Positions 54,405 to 63,087 of a DNA stretch of 64,000 nt are shown here, piece after piece. The DNA comes from a phage. Location: sequence record PX418922.1; one strand, written 5' to 3'. Position numbers and translations under genes: made by a program. Within the stretch, counting starts at the first letter, position 1. Each line of letters opens with the position of its first letter. The notes beneath the pieces were generated by a model, which made no database searches, had not been told where the DNA came from, and saw nothing but the letters and a program-made list of their open reading frames with translations.

Positions 54405-55013
54405 ATGGAAGAGAAGATTTGGGATGGTAAAGATCCTTTAGAAGTTGGACACGTAGCACGTGTCAAAAAATCTACTACAGGTCCTGGTTTTTCTGGTTTG
54501 TATCATATACCAGAAGAAGGTCAGCACGTTACAATTTTGGCTCGTGACAAACAAAACGGAGCAACGCCTGTGTGGATTGTTCGCTGGTATGACAAAGATC
54601 TTAACATTTGCTTGTCACCTATTATGGCTCATTTGCTGGAAGCCCCTTGCTCTGAAGAAGCTCTAATTTTTGTTTCGGCTTTTCAGAAAGCCACAGGTTT
54701 AACATTAGATGCAAAAGATGTGCAAAAAGCATTTGACATTATTCAGGAAGACAACGATACTACATCTAACGACGAACTGGTTGAAGTTACAATCTTATCT
54801 TCAGCAGATATCCGAGAGATTGATAATTGTGATTTTCCAATCACATTTAAAATGTCGCAGAAAGACATGCAGTCATCTGGAAGTTGTTTTGGTATACCTC
54901 GTTGGTTTTTTGATTCTATCAAAAATTCTACTACAGAGGGATCAGACTATGATCAAGATGACATGCTTTGGTTCTTAAAAAACCGAGAGATTGTTCTCTC
55001 ACCACTTAAATAA
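54405..55013 (+). CDS. hypothetical protein (202 aa)
   Basis: ORF track; GGAGG upstream. Confidence 0.5.
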   Translation: MEEKIWDGKDPLEVGHVARVKKSTTGPGFSGLYHIPEEGQHVTILARDKQNGATPVWIVRWYDKDLNICLSPIMAHLLEAPCSEEALIFVSAFQKATGLTLDAKDVQKAFDIIQEDNDTTSNDELVEVTILSSADIREIDNCDFPITFKMSQKDMQSSGSCFGIPRWFFDSIKNSTTEGSDYDQDDMLWFLKNREIVLSPLK

Positions 55014-55022
55014 GGAGAAATA

Positions 55023-55124
55023 ATGGTTTCATTTATCGTAGGTGTAGTTGTAGGCTATCTGATTAACAAATATCAAGACGTTATCACGGCAAAAGTAAAA
55101 GACATTTTAGACTCATCTAAATAA
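55023..55124 (+). CDS. hydrophobic micro-protein (33 aa)
   Basis: Read manually (MVSFIVGVVVGYLINKYQDVITAKVKDILDSSK); AAGGAGAAATA upstream. Confidence 0.35.
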   Translation: MVSFIVGVVVGYLINKYQDVITAKVKDILDSSK

Positions 55125-55176
55125 TCTATCAAAGCTGCATCTTCAATAGGTGCAGCCTTTTAAAAGGAGATATGGC

Positions 55177-55350
55177 ATGACTAAACGCACTGATTTTAAA
55201 TGTATGCATTGTGGGAAATCTTTTGGGGATCATCAAGCTCGCACATTCAACTGTCCACGTAAAGGTCGCGGAAATTTTAAAGGTTTTAATCCCGCACATG
55301 TTTATTCTCCAGATTACGATAAGCCAGAAGAAGAAAAATTTGTTATTTAA
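55177..55350 (+). CDS. small zinc-ribbon protein
   Basis: Start moved to ATG after AAGGAG; CMHCG ... CPRKG. Confidence 0.45.
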   Translation: MTKRTDFKCMHCGKSFGDHQARTFNCPRKGRGNFKGFNPAHVYSPDYDKPEEEKFVI

Positions 55351-55362
55351 TAAGGAGGTCAT

Positions 55363-55644
55363 ATGGAACTCGTTCAAGAATTGTATAATGCTTTAGGAGC
55401 AAAAGGAAAAGATTGGCCCGAACATGCGCTTATTGCTATAAGAGACTCCGATGGTGAGATTAAGTTTTCAAGCGTAAGTAAAGAGCACATCGTAGAAACA
55501 AAACTGGGTATTTACATGCGTGGAACTTATTGCTTATTCAACACCAGAATGGTAGAAGCTCCTGTTATTGAAAATGGGACAAAAGATTGCCCCACAATCG
55601 TAACAAAAGCTGAATATGAGAAGTTTTTCTACGCTAAGGCTTGA
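55363..55644 (+). CDS. hypothetical protein (93 aa)
   Basis: ORF track; AAGGAGG upstream. Confidence 0.5.
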   Translation: MELVQELYNALGAKGKDWPEHALIAIRDSDGEIKFSSVSKEHIVETKLGIYMRGTYCLFNTRMVEAPVIENGTKDCPTIVTKAEYEKFFYAKA

Positions 55645-55687
55645 CACAGGAACAATACTATAGGATAGTAATCCTATCGTAGCAATA

Positions 55688-55711
55688 GAACCCGCTTCGG
55701 CGGGTTTTTTC
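55688..55711 (+). terminator. intrinsic terminator
   Basis: CCCGC-TTCG-GCGGG then TTTTTT. Confidence 0.65.
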
Positions 55712-55735
55712 ATATCTGTAGCAATAGGAGGTCGT

Positions 55736-55966
55736 GTGTTAAATAAAATCGAAGAAGGTTGTATGGCATTTTTGGTAGATAACCCGTTTCCCTTTATGGT
55801 TAAGGTCCATGTAGGAGAGTATTTAGGTTATGACGAATGGGATTGTATTATCAATAGTGAAATGCACCACTACCAACCAACAATACTTAAGACGGATCAA
55901 ATGGCGCGTATTACAGTAGAGGATGAATTGATCATTGAGTTATACGAGAGAGCACTACACAAGTAA
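55736..55966 (+). CDS. hypothetical protein (76 aa), GTG start
   Basis: AGGAGG 4 nt ahead of GTG; sits between two terminators. Confidence 0.4.
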   Translation: MLNKIEEGCMAFLVDNPFPFMVKVHVGEYLGYDEWDCIINSEMHHYQPTILKTDQMARITVEDELIIELYERALHK

Positions 55967-56004
55967 GCTAGAACCCACCTAAATCGAACAGAGACGCTCT
56001 AAAA

Positions 56005-56040
56005 TAGAAAAGGCACCCACTTGGGTGCCTTTGTTTTATT
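56005..56040. terminator. bidirectional intrinsic terminator at the convergent junction
   Basis: AGGCACCCA-CTT-GGGTGCCT flanked by an A-run and TTGTTTTATT. Confidence 0.6.
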
Positions 56041-56308
56041 CTTCGTTAGATTGCGTTTCAGACGCGTTAAATTCGGTTTCAGTACAACTTGCTAGGTAAC
56101 TTATATTTTGCATCACTACAACTACAGGTGTTTGAAGTTTATCTTCTAGCCCAGCAGCCACTTGAGCCAAAGCATTATCAATATTCGATTTCCTAACACC
56201 TGTTCCATGTCCTGTTGCCAAGTAAAGATTACCTTCCCCTTTTTGTGTAGCATTGGCAAAGTAGTAAACGTAATGTGCAAGGTAGTAATCACGGATTTCT
56301 TCAGTCAT
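56036..56308 (-). CDS. hypothetical protein (90 aa)
   Basis: ORF track. Confidence 0.45.
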   Translation of the reverse strand: MTEEIRDYYLAHYVYYFANATQKGEGNLYLATGHGTGVRKSNIDNALAQVAAGLEDKLQTPVVVVMQNISYLASCTETEFNASETQSNEE

Positions 56309-56351
56309 TTTATTCTCCTAATAAGAAAGGGGCCGAAGCCCCTTGAGTGGT

Positions 56352-57152
56352 TTATTTGTTTAAGTGGTCTTCGACCATTTTAATAAAACCTTCATTGCTG
56401 AAGGCTGTTGCAGCTTTTTCTCGGTAAACAAAAACTCCACGATCTTCATAGAGAAGTGTTTCTTCGTAATTAACTTCAGGGTTAACTACAACCATTTTTG
56501 TCCCGATGTTAAGAGCAGGAAAAAGCTCCCAGTTAAAATTGATAACTTGATTAGAGCAACCCACTACAATCACCATATCTTGAGCCGTCAAGCCGTCTAA
56601 GATGTGGTACATATCGTTATACAATGGGGCAGTCTCCCCAAAGAACACTACATTAGGCTTCACATACTTGTAATCATCTACATCGATAGCAGCATAGCCA
56701 ACATCTTTGATGATTCTATTGTCTACGATCACTTCAGGCAGGAAGCCGTGAACATGTAGAACATCTTCATGAACAACACCCGCTTGTTCCAGAAGATCAT
56801 CTACGTTTGTCGTGATGTTGATAACACGATCACAGCCGTACTCTTGAAACCATTCCGCGATCTGGTAATGCGCAGCGTTAGGAGTTACACTATCCATCTC
56901 TACGCGACGTTTATTGTAGAAGTCATGAGTTTTACGGTAGAGGTTGTATCCCTCTGCATCTAATCCGCCAACAGCCCCAGGAACACACTGTTCTTGTTGG
57001 TATCCAGCACGGAAGTTGAAAATGTCACACACTTCAGAAAGGTCGTATTCATCCCACAAAGCTTTCCCACTATCTGTATCAGTGCGGAAAGTACGTACAC
57101 CGCTATCGGCGCTTAAGCCAGCGCCGCTGATCACTATTAATCGTCTTGGCAT
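56352..57152 (-). CDS. Sir2-family NAD-dependent protein (sirtuin-like)
   Basis: NAD-binding motif GAGLSADSGVRTFR and VLHVHG (catalytic His region); no obvious zinc-ribbon Cys pairs. Confidence 0.6.
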   Translation of the reverse strand: MPRRLIVISGAGLSADSGVRTFRTDTDSGKALWDEYDLSEVCDIFNFRAGYQQEQCVPGAVGGLDAEGYNLYRKTHDFYNKRRVEMDSVTPNAAHYQIAEWFQEYGCDRVINITTNVDDLLEQAGVVHEDVLHVHGFLPEVIVDNRIIKDVGYAAIDVDDYKYVKPNVVFFGETAPLYNDMYHILDGLTAQDMVIVVGCSNQVINFNWELFPALNIGTKMVVVNPEVNYEETLLYEDRGVFVYREKAATAFSNEGFIKMVEDHLNK

Positions 57153-57649
57153 TCTTCCTCCTCATAATCATCATAATCTTCATCATCCAAATCGTACACT
57201 TCGTCTTGAGAATAACTCACTTCAAAGTAAATATCAAACTCTGCAAACAAACGTAGAATGTTGGACATGCTGTAATAGTTATCATAAGCTTCCTCTGCTT
57301 CATAGTAGAGGCGTAGCAAACGTTCAGCTTCTTCGTCTTCTACCCATTTATGATCAACATAAACAGAAGCGGCATAAATATTGTAGGCTTGTTCTCGACT
57401 ATCAGCAAGATTTCGGCTTAACAGTTCAGGGAAGTCTTTACCATTTACATTTAGTCTTCCGCATAACCACAAAGCAATATCATGCCAATCTGCATCCTCT
57501 CCGCTGAAGCAGCTTGCGACTTCGCCAAACTTGGCATCCCCTAAGTCTCCGCTAATAGTGATCATGGTTGAACTATTGTAACCACAAGTTTCGCAATTTG
57601 AACAACTGTTGTGCACATGAATTTCTACTTGAAACATATTTCCTCCCAT
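57137..57649 (-). CDS. highly acidic hypothetical protein (170 aa)
   Basis: C-terminus DLDDEDYDDYEEEECQDD; Asp/Glu-rich throughout. Confidence 0.5.
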   Translation of the reverse strand: MGGNMFQVEIHVHNSCSNCETCGYNSSTMITISGDLGDAKFGEVASCFSGEDADWHDIALWLCGRLNVNGKDFPELLSRNLADSREQAYNIYAASVYVDHKWVEDEEAERLLRLYYEAEEAYDNYYSMSNILRLFAEFDIYFEVSYSQDEVYDLDDEDYDDYEEEECQDD

Positions 57650-57680
57650 AAAAGAAAAGCCCCCTGAAACAGGAGGCTTT
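57650..57680 (-). terminator. putative intrinsic terminator
   Basis: Minus-strand AGCCTCCTG-TTTC-AGGGGGCT (one G-U) then TTTTCTTTT. Confidence 0.4.
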
Positions 57681-57695
57681 GTTCAGATTCTGACA

Positions 57696-58346
57696 CTATA
57701 CCAGACTTTGTAGGTATTTGTCAAGGGCTTCTTGATCACCTTGACAAACATAGCAACGGAAGTCTTGAGCCGAAGGTTGTTTATTCTCATCCCAGTCCCA
57801 CATTATATTACCTTTGTAACGTGAACCAGGGAAGTCGAAAAATGCTGTATGGGTGATGTGGTGTGGACCGCCCCAAACCTCTGTAAAGGTGAACTGCGGA
57901 TACGCTACCTTCACCGCCTCCATAAACCAAGCTTTACGAATCAAAGCATTGTTGATAAAATGCGCGTGACGTTCCATTTCTTCCCAGTTCTTCCACACGC
58001 TTTTCTCGTCAAGGGAAAATACAAGATCCTCTTCAATATACAAGCCATCTTCGCATTCGTCAAAATCTGCCTCAAGACCTCCTACAGGTTCGTCGAGTCT
58101 AACACCATCAAAAGCAGAATATACCCACCAACCATCTTCCAGTAAGGCTTTGATAGGGACGAAGCCTTTATCAGCATATTGATCGAATTGTTTCACACGG
58201 TGGCTTGTGCAGTCTTCAAACTCACATTCTAAACGATATGCACCTTTTCGACGAGCCTCAAGACCGTGTGTACTGAAAATAACAACACTTCCTTCACCAT
58301 CATTACGATCTACTTGATAAGCAACTACTGGTTTTGAATTTGACAT
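57696..58346 (-). CDS. hypothetical protein (216 aa)
   Basis: ORF track. Confidence 0.5.
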   Translation of the reverse strand: MSNSKPVVAYQVDRNDGEGSVVIFSTHGLEARRKGAYRLECEFEDCTSHRVKQFDQYADKGFVPIKALLEDGWWVYSAFDGVRLDEPVGGLEADFDECEDGLYIEEDLVFSLDEKSVWKNWEEMERHAHFINNALIRKAWFMEAVKVAYPQFTFTEVWGGPHHITHTAFFDFPGSRYKGNIMWDWDENKQPSAQDFRCYVCQGDQEALDKYLQSLV

Positions 58347-59029
58347 TATTTCTCCTTATCTAGAAGATTGTTAGACAAAAACACGGCACGAGCAAAACCA
58401 CGTGCGGTTAGGGATCTAAGTTGTTTTGTTTTTGCACTAGCTCCACCTAAGCTTTTCCAACCCCAGAAGCAGCCTATATGATCTACTGGTTTCTTCACTG
58501 GTTGAACAAAACCATTGCCGTGCCAAATACAAGTTTTCTTTGTATACCCATCACGGGTAGGCATTTTAGGATGAAAGCTTCCTTCCTCTTCAAACAAATA
58601 CCCACCATATTCATAAGGATTAAAGTAAAAATCGGGTTTACGCCATAAGGTTGAAAGTTTACCTACTGGGTTCTCAATCATCCAAGGAACATTATATTTG
58701 TTACCCAAAGCTTCCACTACACGAATATTAGCTAAAGCTTCATCTAATTCCTCTGTGCTACGTTCGTGTTTGCTACCACTACCTGCTAACATAGTACAAG
58801 GTGGAAATCCAAAAATAATATCGGGTTTAGGTATCCCATGATCTTCAGGGTTGAATGTAGAATCTATCCAGGCATTCACATAGGTTATGTTTGGGTGCTC
58901 CATCCTAACCTCGTATTTACCGTGATCCCCTTCATCAGCGTTTACACAAAAACACTTGTGACCTGCTTCGGCATAACGTAACACCATGATCCCAGATCCG
59001 TCAAACATAGACAAAACTGTTTTACTCAT
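58346..59029 (-). CDS. DNA (cytosine-5)-methyltransferase-like protein
   Basis: Motif I SMFDGSG, motif IV FGFPPCT (Pro-Cys), motif VI IENPVG; start moved to ATG after GGAGGGG. Confidence 0.5.
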   Translation of the reverse strand: MSKTVLSMFDGSGIMVLRYAEAGHKCFCVNADEGDHGKYEVRMEHPNITYVNAWIDSTFNPEDHGIPKPDIIFGFPPCTMLAGSGSKHERSTEELDEALANIRVVEALGNKYNVPWMIENPVGKLSTLWRKPDFYFNPYEYGGYLFEEEGSFHPKMPTRDGYTKKTCIWHGNGFVQPVKKPVDHIGCFWGWKSLGGASAKTKQLRSLTARGFARAVFLSNNLLDKEK

Positions 59030-59435
59030 TACCCCTCCATTCAAGACAAGCCATAACTTTACGCCAATCACTTTCTGTAAGAAAAATCTCGTTTGCTTTC
59101 TTCCACAAATCTAAATCGTGAAGGGTTGGAATACGATATGTTAGTTCACAGAATCTATGCTCTTCTTCTGTAATATAACCAAAATGCAGAGCCACATCGT
59201 GAAACCAACACCAACCATGCATCTCTCGAACAACATGGTCATGCTGAGACATTGTTTTATGCCGTAAACCTAACCAACAAGGAACAGATACTTTAGTAGT
59301 CTTTAATCTGTGATCAACAGTATTAGAGTATTCAATAATAGCTGTCAGTTTCAATCGTGCTTTTTCTAAATCCTCATGGGTCACTTTGAAATAACTTTCT
59401 GAAAGATATCCACACATATTAATAACCTCCTTCAA
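59022..59435 (-). CDS. hypothetical protein (137 aa)
   Basis: ORF track. Confidence 0.45.
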   Translation of the reverse strand: MKEVINMCGYLSESYFKVTHEDLEKARLKLTAIIEYSNTVDHRLKTTKVSVPCWLGLRHKTMSQHDHVVREMHGWCWFHDVALHFGYITEEEHRFCELTYRIPTLHDLDLWKKANEIFLTESDWRKVMACLEWRGNE

Positions 59436-60360
59436 AAGGCTTTACTACATGTTGATTAGCTTTAAAACGTTCAACATAGTCGTTTTCACCCATGTTTTCA
59501 TATAGTTTAGTAACAACATAAAAGTTTTCCCAAGCATATTCCCTAAACCAACCACTAGTGATGGAGGTGCAGACTTTTGATAAAGCCATTATAAAACTTT
59601 GCTTAGGGGTTGGACCTCCGATCTCTTCACCGAAAGGAATTTGTGAACGTTCCAAAGCCAAAACACACGCTTCTTCATAAACACCTAACAGGCGCACATG
59701 TTTTGGTTGAGCAAAAAACTTTTCTTTGCTGGTCATAACTTCACTTCCATCTTTCATATAAGATTTATATGCTGGAGCATCCATTAACGCGATTGCTTCA
59801 TGGATAGAATCATGATCATAAACATACGGAACCTCGTCACCTTTAAAGAACTCTTTACTTTTTACGTTTAAGTTCGGATGAGAGTAAGTGTATGTTTCTT
59901 TCTCACGCAACTCATAAATACTCTTAAGATTTTCTGGGATCTTTGCGCCCAGTGACCGCATGAAATGAATATCTTTCATAGTTTTAAAGAAGTGAGGACT
60001 ATCCTTTTTAAAACGATGACTCATTTTAAGAAGGTAGAGCACATCTAAAGGAGCAACAACATGTCCAGCGTAAGTTCGACGAACATCATCAGAATCTTCA
60101 CAATAACTAATCAAAGCTTCTGTGCTATCTCCTTGAGAAGCAATATCGTATTCCAAATGTGCACCAGCTATCATTTTGACATGGCCTTTGTTCCCTTTAC
60201 GTTCTACAAGTTCAACAAACTCGTCTTGAGAGAACATTTTTGATAATTCTTCCCACTCTTGTTCTGTACACAGGTAATCTAAATCTACACAAGGGCGATA
60301 CAAGTCTTTTCCCATGTCCATAGCATGAATTTGTAATGCACGGCTACCAATTAACACCAT
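59419..60360 (-). CDS. nucleotidyltransferase-fold protein (tentative)
   Basis: N-terminal LIGSRALQ...DLDYL resembles the GS...DxD signature of the Pol-beta-like NTase fold. Confidence 0.35.
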   Translation of the reverse strand: MVLIGSRALQIHAMDMGKDLYRPCVDLDYLCTEQEWEELSKMFSQDEFVELVERKGNKGHVKMIAGAHLEYDIASQGDSTEALISYCEDSDDVRRTYAGHVVAPLDVLYLLKMSHRFKKDSPHFFKTMKDIHFMRSLGAKIPENLKSIYELREKETYTYSHPNLNVKSKEFFKGDEVPYVYDHDSIHEAIALMDAPAYKSYMKDGSEVMTSKEKFFAQPKHVRLLGVYEEACVLALERSQIPFGEEIGGPTPKQSFIMALSKVCTSITSGWFREYAWENFYVVTKLYENMGENDYVERFKANQHVVKPFEGGY

Positions 60361-60420
60361 AATATTTCTCCTCTATTGGTTGATAGGTTAAGTTTATCAA
60401 GCTTCCAGATTCCTGTCAAT

Positions 60421-60445
60421 AAAAAACCCGCCGAAGCGGGTTATT
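60421..60445 (-). terminator. intrinsic terminator
   Basis: Minus-strand CCCGC-TTCG-GCGGG then TTTTTT. Confidence 0.6.
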
Positions 60446-60450
60446 ATTTA

Positions 60451-60723
60451 CTAACACATTGAGGAAGAAGAGATCCAAACACCTCTTGTGGTTAAACCAT
60501 TTTCATCCAACTCTACACCATAATCTTCACAAATGAAATCAATATAGTGATCTGCGGCTGGCGTTCCTGTAGGGTAATAAGTTTCTCCGTTACCGTAGTC
60601 ACCTATCCAAGCTTGTTCCTGAAACTGTTCACAAAGTTCTTCAATTTCCTTACGAAACTTTCCTTGTGCTTGTTCCATCTCTTTAACTTTCTTTTTTATC
60701 AGCAGTTCGCCTTCAGACTCCAC
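60451..60723 (-). CDS. hypothetical protein (90 aa)
   Basis: ORF track. Confidence 0.45.
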   Translation of the reverse strand: MESEGELLIKKKVKEMEQAQGKFRKEIEELCEQFQEQAWIGDYGNGETYYPTGTPAADHYIDFICEDYGVELDENGLTTRGVWISSSSMC

Positions 60724-60732
60724 AATCTCTCC

Positions 60733-60951
60733 TTAACAGCTACTACTGTGCCAAACGCCTTGAGAATTAACAACGAAACCATCATCACCTTCACCATAAC
60801 AAGAAGAGGATTGCCAATCTTCAAAACAGATTGCGTCATCTTCTAAACTAAGACCAAAACCAGCATCTTCAGCTTCTTTTGTAAGTTCGTCCACCAAAGC
60901 CATAATAGCTTGGGCTTTTTCAGTTAATTCTTCAACATTACGATAACTCAT
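60733..60951 (-). CDS. hypothetical acidic protein
   Basis: Start moved to ATG after AGAGGAG (TAATG overlap with upstream stop). Confidence 0.45.
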   Translation of the reverse strand: MSYRNVEELTEKAQAIMALVDELTKEAEDAGFGLSLEDDAICFEDWQSSSCYGEGDDGFVVNSQGVWHSSSC

Positions 60952-61265
60952 TAGTATTTCTCCTCTGGTTGGAAAACGGAACGACAAGCCCACATACTAG
61001 CTTCTTTTAAATGTTTAATAGCACAACGGATTTGATCAATACGTTCGTATGCAAGATCTAATTCTTTTTCTGTGCCGTCAAAAGACCCATGATATGCTTC
61101 ACAATACTCTTCCTCTAAAGCTTTGAAGATTAAACCTAAACGCTCTTCTGCATCTTTAATAGCGTTAACCTTGCCAATCTTATCGTCAGTATGCGCCTTA
61201 TAACCTTTGATATCTTCGATTCCCACTTTACCTCCTATTAACAACTTAAAGAAGATGGATGCCAA
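60951..61265 (-). CDS. hypothetical protein (104 aa)
   Basis: ORF track. Confidence 0.45.
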   Translation of the reverse strand: MASIFFKLLIGGKVGIEDIKGYKAHTDDKIGKVNAIKDAEERLGLIFKALEEEYCEAYHGSFDGTEKELDLAYERIDQIRCAIKHLKEASMWACRSVFQPEEKY

Positions 61266-61435
61266 TTTGTTCCAGTATTCTCATTTTCATCTTCTGGATC
61301 ATAATAGCCACCCATCCCATATTCAGGGGAGAAACGGAAACCTTTACCAGTCTCATCTGCTAACTGCTCTGCTTCCGCTAAAGCCTCATAAGCTGCTTTT
61401 ACGGCTTCTTCTACTGTTTTAAACTTGGTCGTCAT
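61238..61435 (-). CDS. hypothetical protein (65 aa)
   Basis: ORF track. Confidence 0.4.
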   Translation of the reverse strand: MTTKFKTVEEAVKAAYEALAEAEQLADETGKGFRFSPEYGMGGYYDPEDENENTGTNWHPSSLSC

Positions 61436-61709
61436 AAAATTTCTCCTCTCCTAAAGACATGTTGACATGAAATGCACGATATGTAAATTCGTTGTCCGTT
61501 GTGTTTGAATAAAACTCAAATTGAACAACACCGTCTTGAGAAGACAGATACATGCCAATTTGAACTGTTCCTTCTGGTACCAGGTAAGCATACTCTGGAC
61601 GTAGTGTTACATTGTAAAAATAAAGTTCCCCAACACCCATTTCATCCCAAGCTTCCCAAGCGGTAACGAAGTTACTTTCAAAACTTGTTACTGATCTGAA
61701 CTCTGCCAT
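61419..61709 (-). CDS. hypothetical protein (96 aa)
   Basis: ORF track. Confidence 0.45.
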   Translation of the reverse strand: MAEFRSVTSFESNFVTAWEAWDEMGVGELYFYNVTLRPEYAYLVPEGTVQIGMYLSSQDGVVQFEFYSNTTDNEFTYRAFHVNMSLGEEKFYDDQV

Positions 61710-62200
61710 AAAACCTCCTCAATCTTGTAGTTTGACTCCATCTCCAATACATTTCCACGAACGTCTCTCCGAAGAAAGGCATAAGCTTTATTAGGTATTG
61801 TAGACTCATATTTAACCATATCTGGCACAGCAAAAGATACTACTACTCCTGCTGGGCTTCTGTCAAGAGCCTTATTAATATTTCTAAGGATATCGTTAGC
61901 CAAGATTTCTGCCAATTCTCCAAGAACGGTTTCGGTTATATCTTTATATCCCATTAAGTATTTGTTGATATCTTTCATCTCTGTATTGTTCAGAGTATAA
62001 TCCAAAGGATAGAAATTCAAAGCGGAGTCACTTTTATGTGTCCACATGAAATGCACCCGATCCGAGCAGAATCGTAACCCTCTTTGAAGAATATCTTCTA
62101 CAACAGGCAGAATTTCTTTTGTCACATCATTAACCATGTTGTAATCTAAGATTTCTGCCAAGTTTGTTCTTTGTTCACCACGTTTACGTTTAGGAATCAC
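61688..62200 (-). CDS. hypothetical protein (170 aa)
   Basis: ORF track. Confidence 0.5.
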   Translation of the reverse strand: MIPKRKRGEQRTNLAEILDYNMVNDVTKEILPVVEDILQRGLRFCSDRVHFMWTHKSDSALNFYPLDYTLNNTEMKDINKYLMGYKDITETVLGELAEILANDILRNINKALDRSPAGVVVSFAVPDMVKYESTIPNKAYAFLRRDVRGNVLEMESNYKIEEVLWQSSDQ

Positions 62201-62771
62201 TTGTTATTGCCCTCATTACCAAAGGTCGTAGAAAATCGTAAATCTCTTGTTTTGTTTTCCCACGAATGTTTAAACAAGGAACATTATTGGCTTTAGCTAT
62301 CTTCCAAGCCGTAGCTGTTCCACCTTTTGCATCTCCATGTTTATCAGTATTAGCACAAGCCAACAAGAAACATGATGGAGCAGGATTCTCCAAATCTCTA
62401 CCTAACACTTGATGCACATTACGTTGGTGCAATTTTCTAGCACCCTGCTTAAGCTTTTCATAGGCTGGGTGAACATCTTTGATCCATTGCACAGAGATAG
62501 CATAGTTCATTGTATCTGGTTTTGCAAGAACAATAACATCCCCTGGAATCTGATTACCTTTGAAATTTTCCCAAGGAACATAAATCTCCTTGTTAGTAGG
62601 ATTTTCAGACTCTTGGACACCTGTTTCAAAAGCAGAATCACTACCCTCTGCCTTCCCAGACCTTAATTTAAACCCAAGGTTTGAAAGCCATTTCCCTATG
62701 CCTACCATCAAAGCCCACTCTTCTTCGGATATGTCTCTACTTCCAACTCCCGTATAGAACAGTTCTGCCAT
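62190..62771 (-). CDS. DprA/Smf-like Rossmann-fold protein (SLOG-type)
   Basis: YTGVGSRDIS ... SGKAEGSDSAF ... GGTATAW pattern; start moved to ATG after GAGGTG. Confidence 0.45.
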   Translation of the reverse strand: MAELFYTGVGSRDISEEEWALMVGIGKWLSNLGFKLRSGKAEGSDSAFETGVQESENPTNKEIYVPWENFKGNQIPGDVIVLAKPDTMNYAISVQWIKDVHPAYEKLKQGARKLHQRNVHQVLGRDLENPAPSCFLLACANTDKHGDAKGGTATAWKIAKANNVPCLNIRGKTKQEIYDFLRPLVMRAITSDS

Positions 62772-62778
62772 AATCACC

Positions 62779-63087
62779 TCAACAAGTAATTTCAAAAGGT
62801 GTATACGGTTCCGTATTTCTCATGATCCAAGGACTGCTAGGATTGCTCGGATCATAAGGACCAAAAGGTTTTATGGTCGGTTGTGTTTCTTTCTTCTGAA
62901 TCTCTTCAAAAATACGACGAAGTTCAGAATATTCTTGATCCACCATAAGATTCGGTGCATCTGATTCTACAGCTTGCAGGTTATCTTCCTTAAGAACAAT
63001 CTCACGAACAAGATTAACATCTTCTGTTTCTAAGATAACTTCTTTACGGATATTACCTACACTTTGAATAATTGTAATCTTATACAT
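62779..63087 (-). CDS. hypothetical protein (102 aa)
   Basis: ORF track. Confidence 0.45.
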   Translation of the reverse strand: MYKITIIQSVGNIRKEVILETEDVNLVREIVLKEDNLQAVESDAPNLMVDQEYSELRRIFEEIQKKETQPTIKPFGPYDPSNPSSPWIMRNTEPYTPFEITC

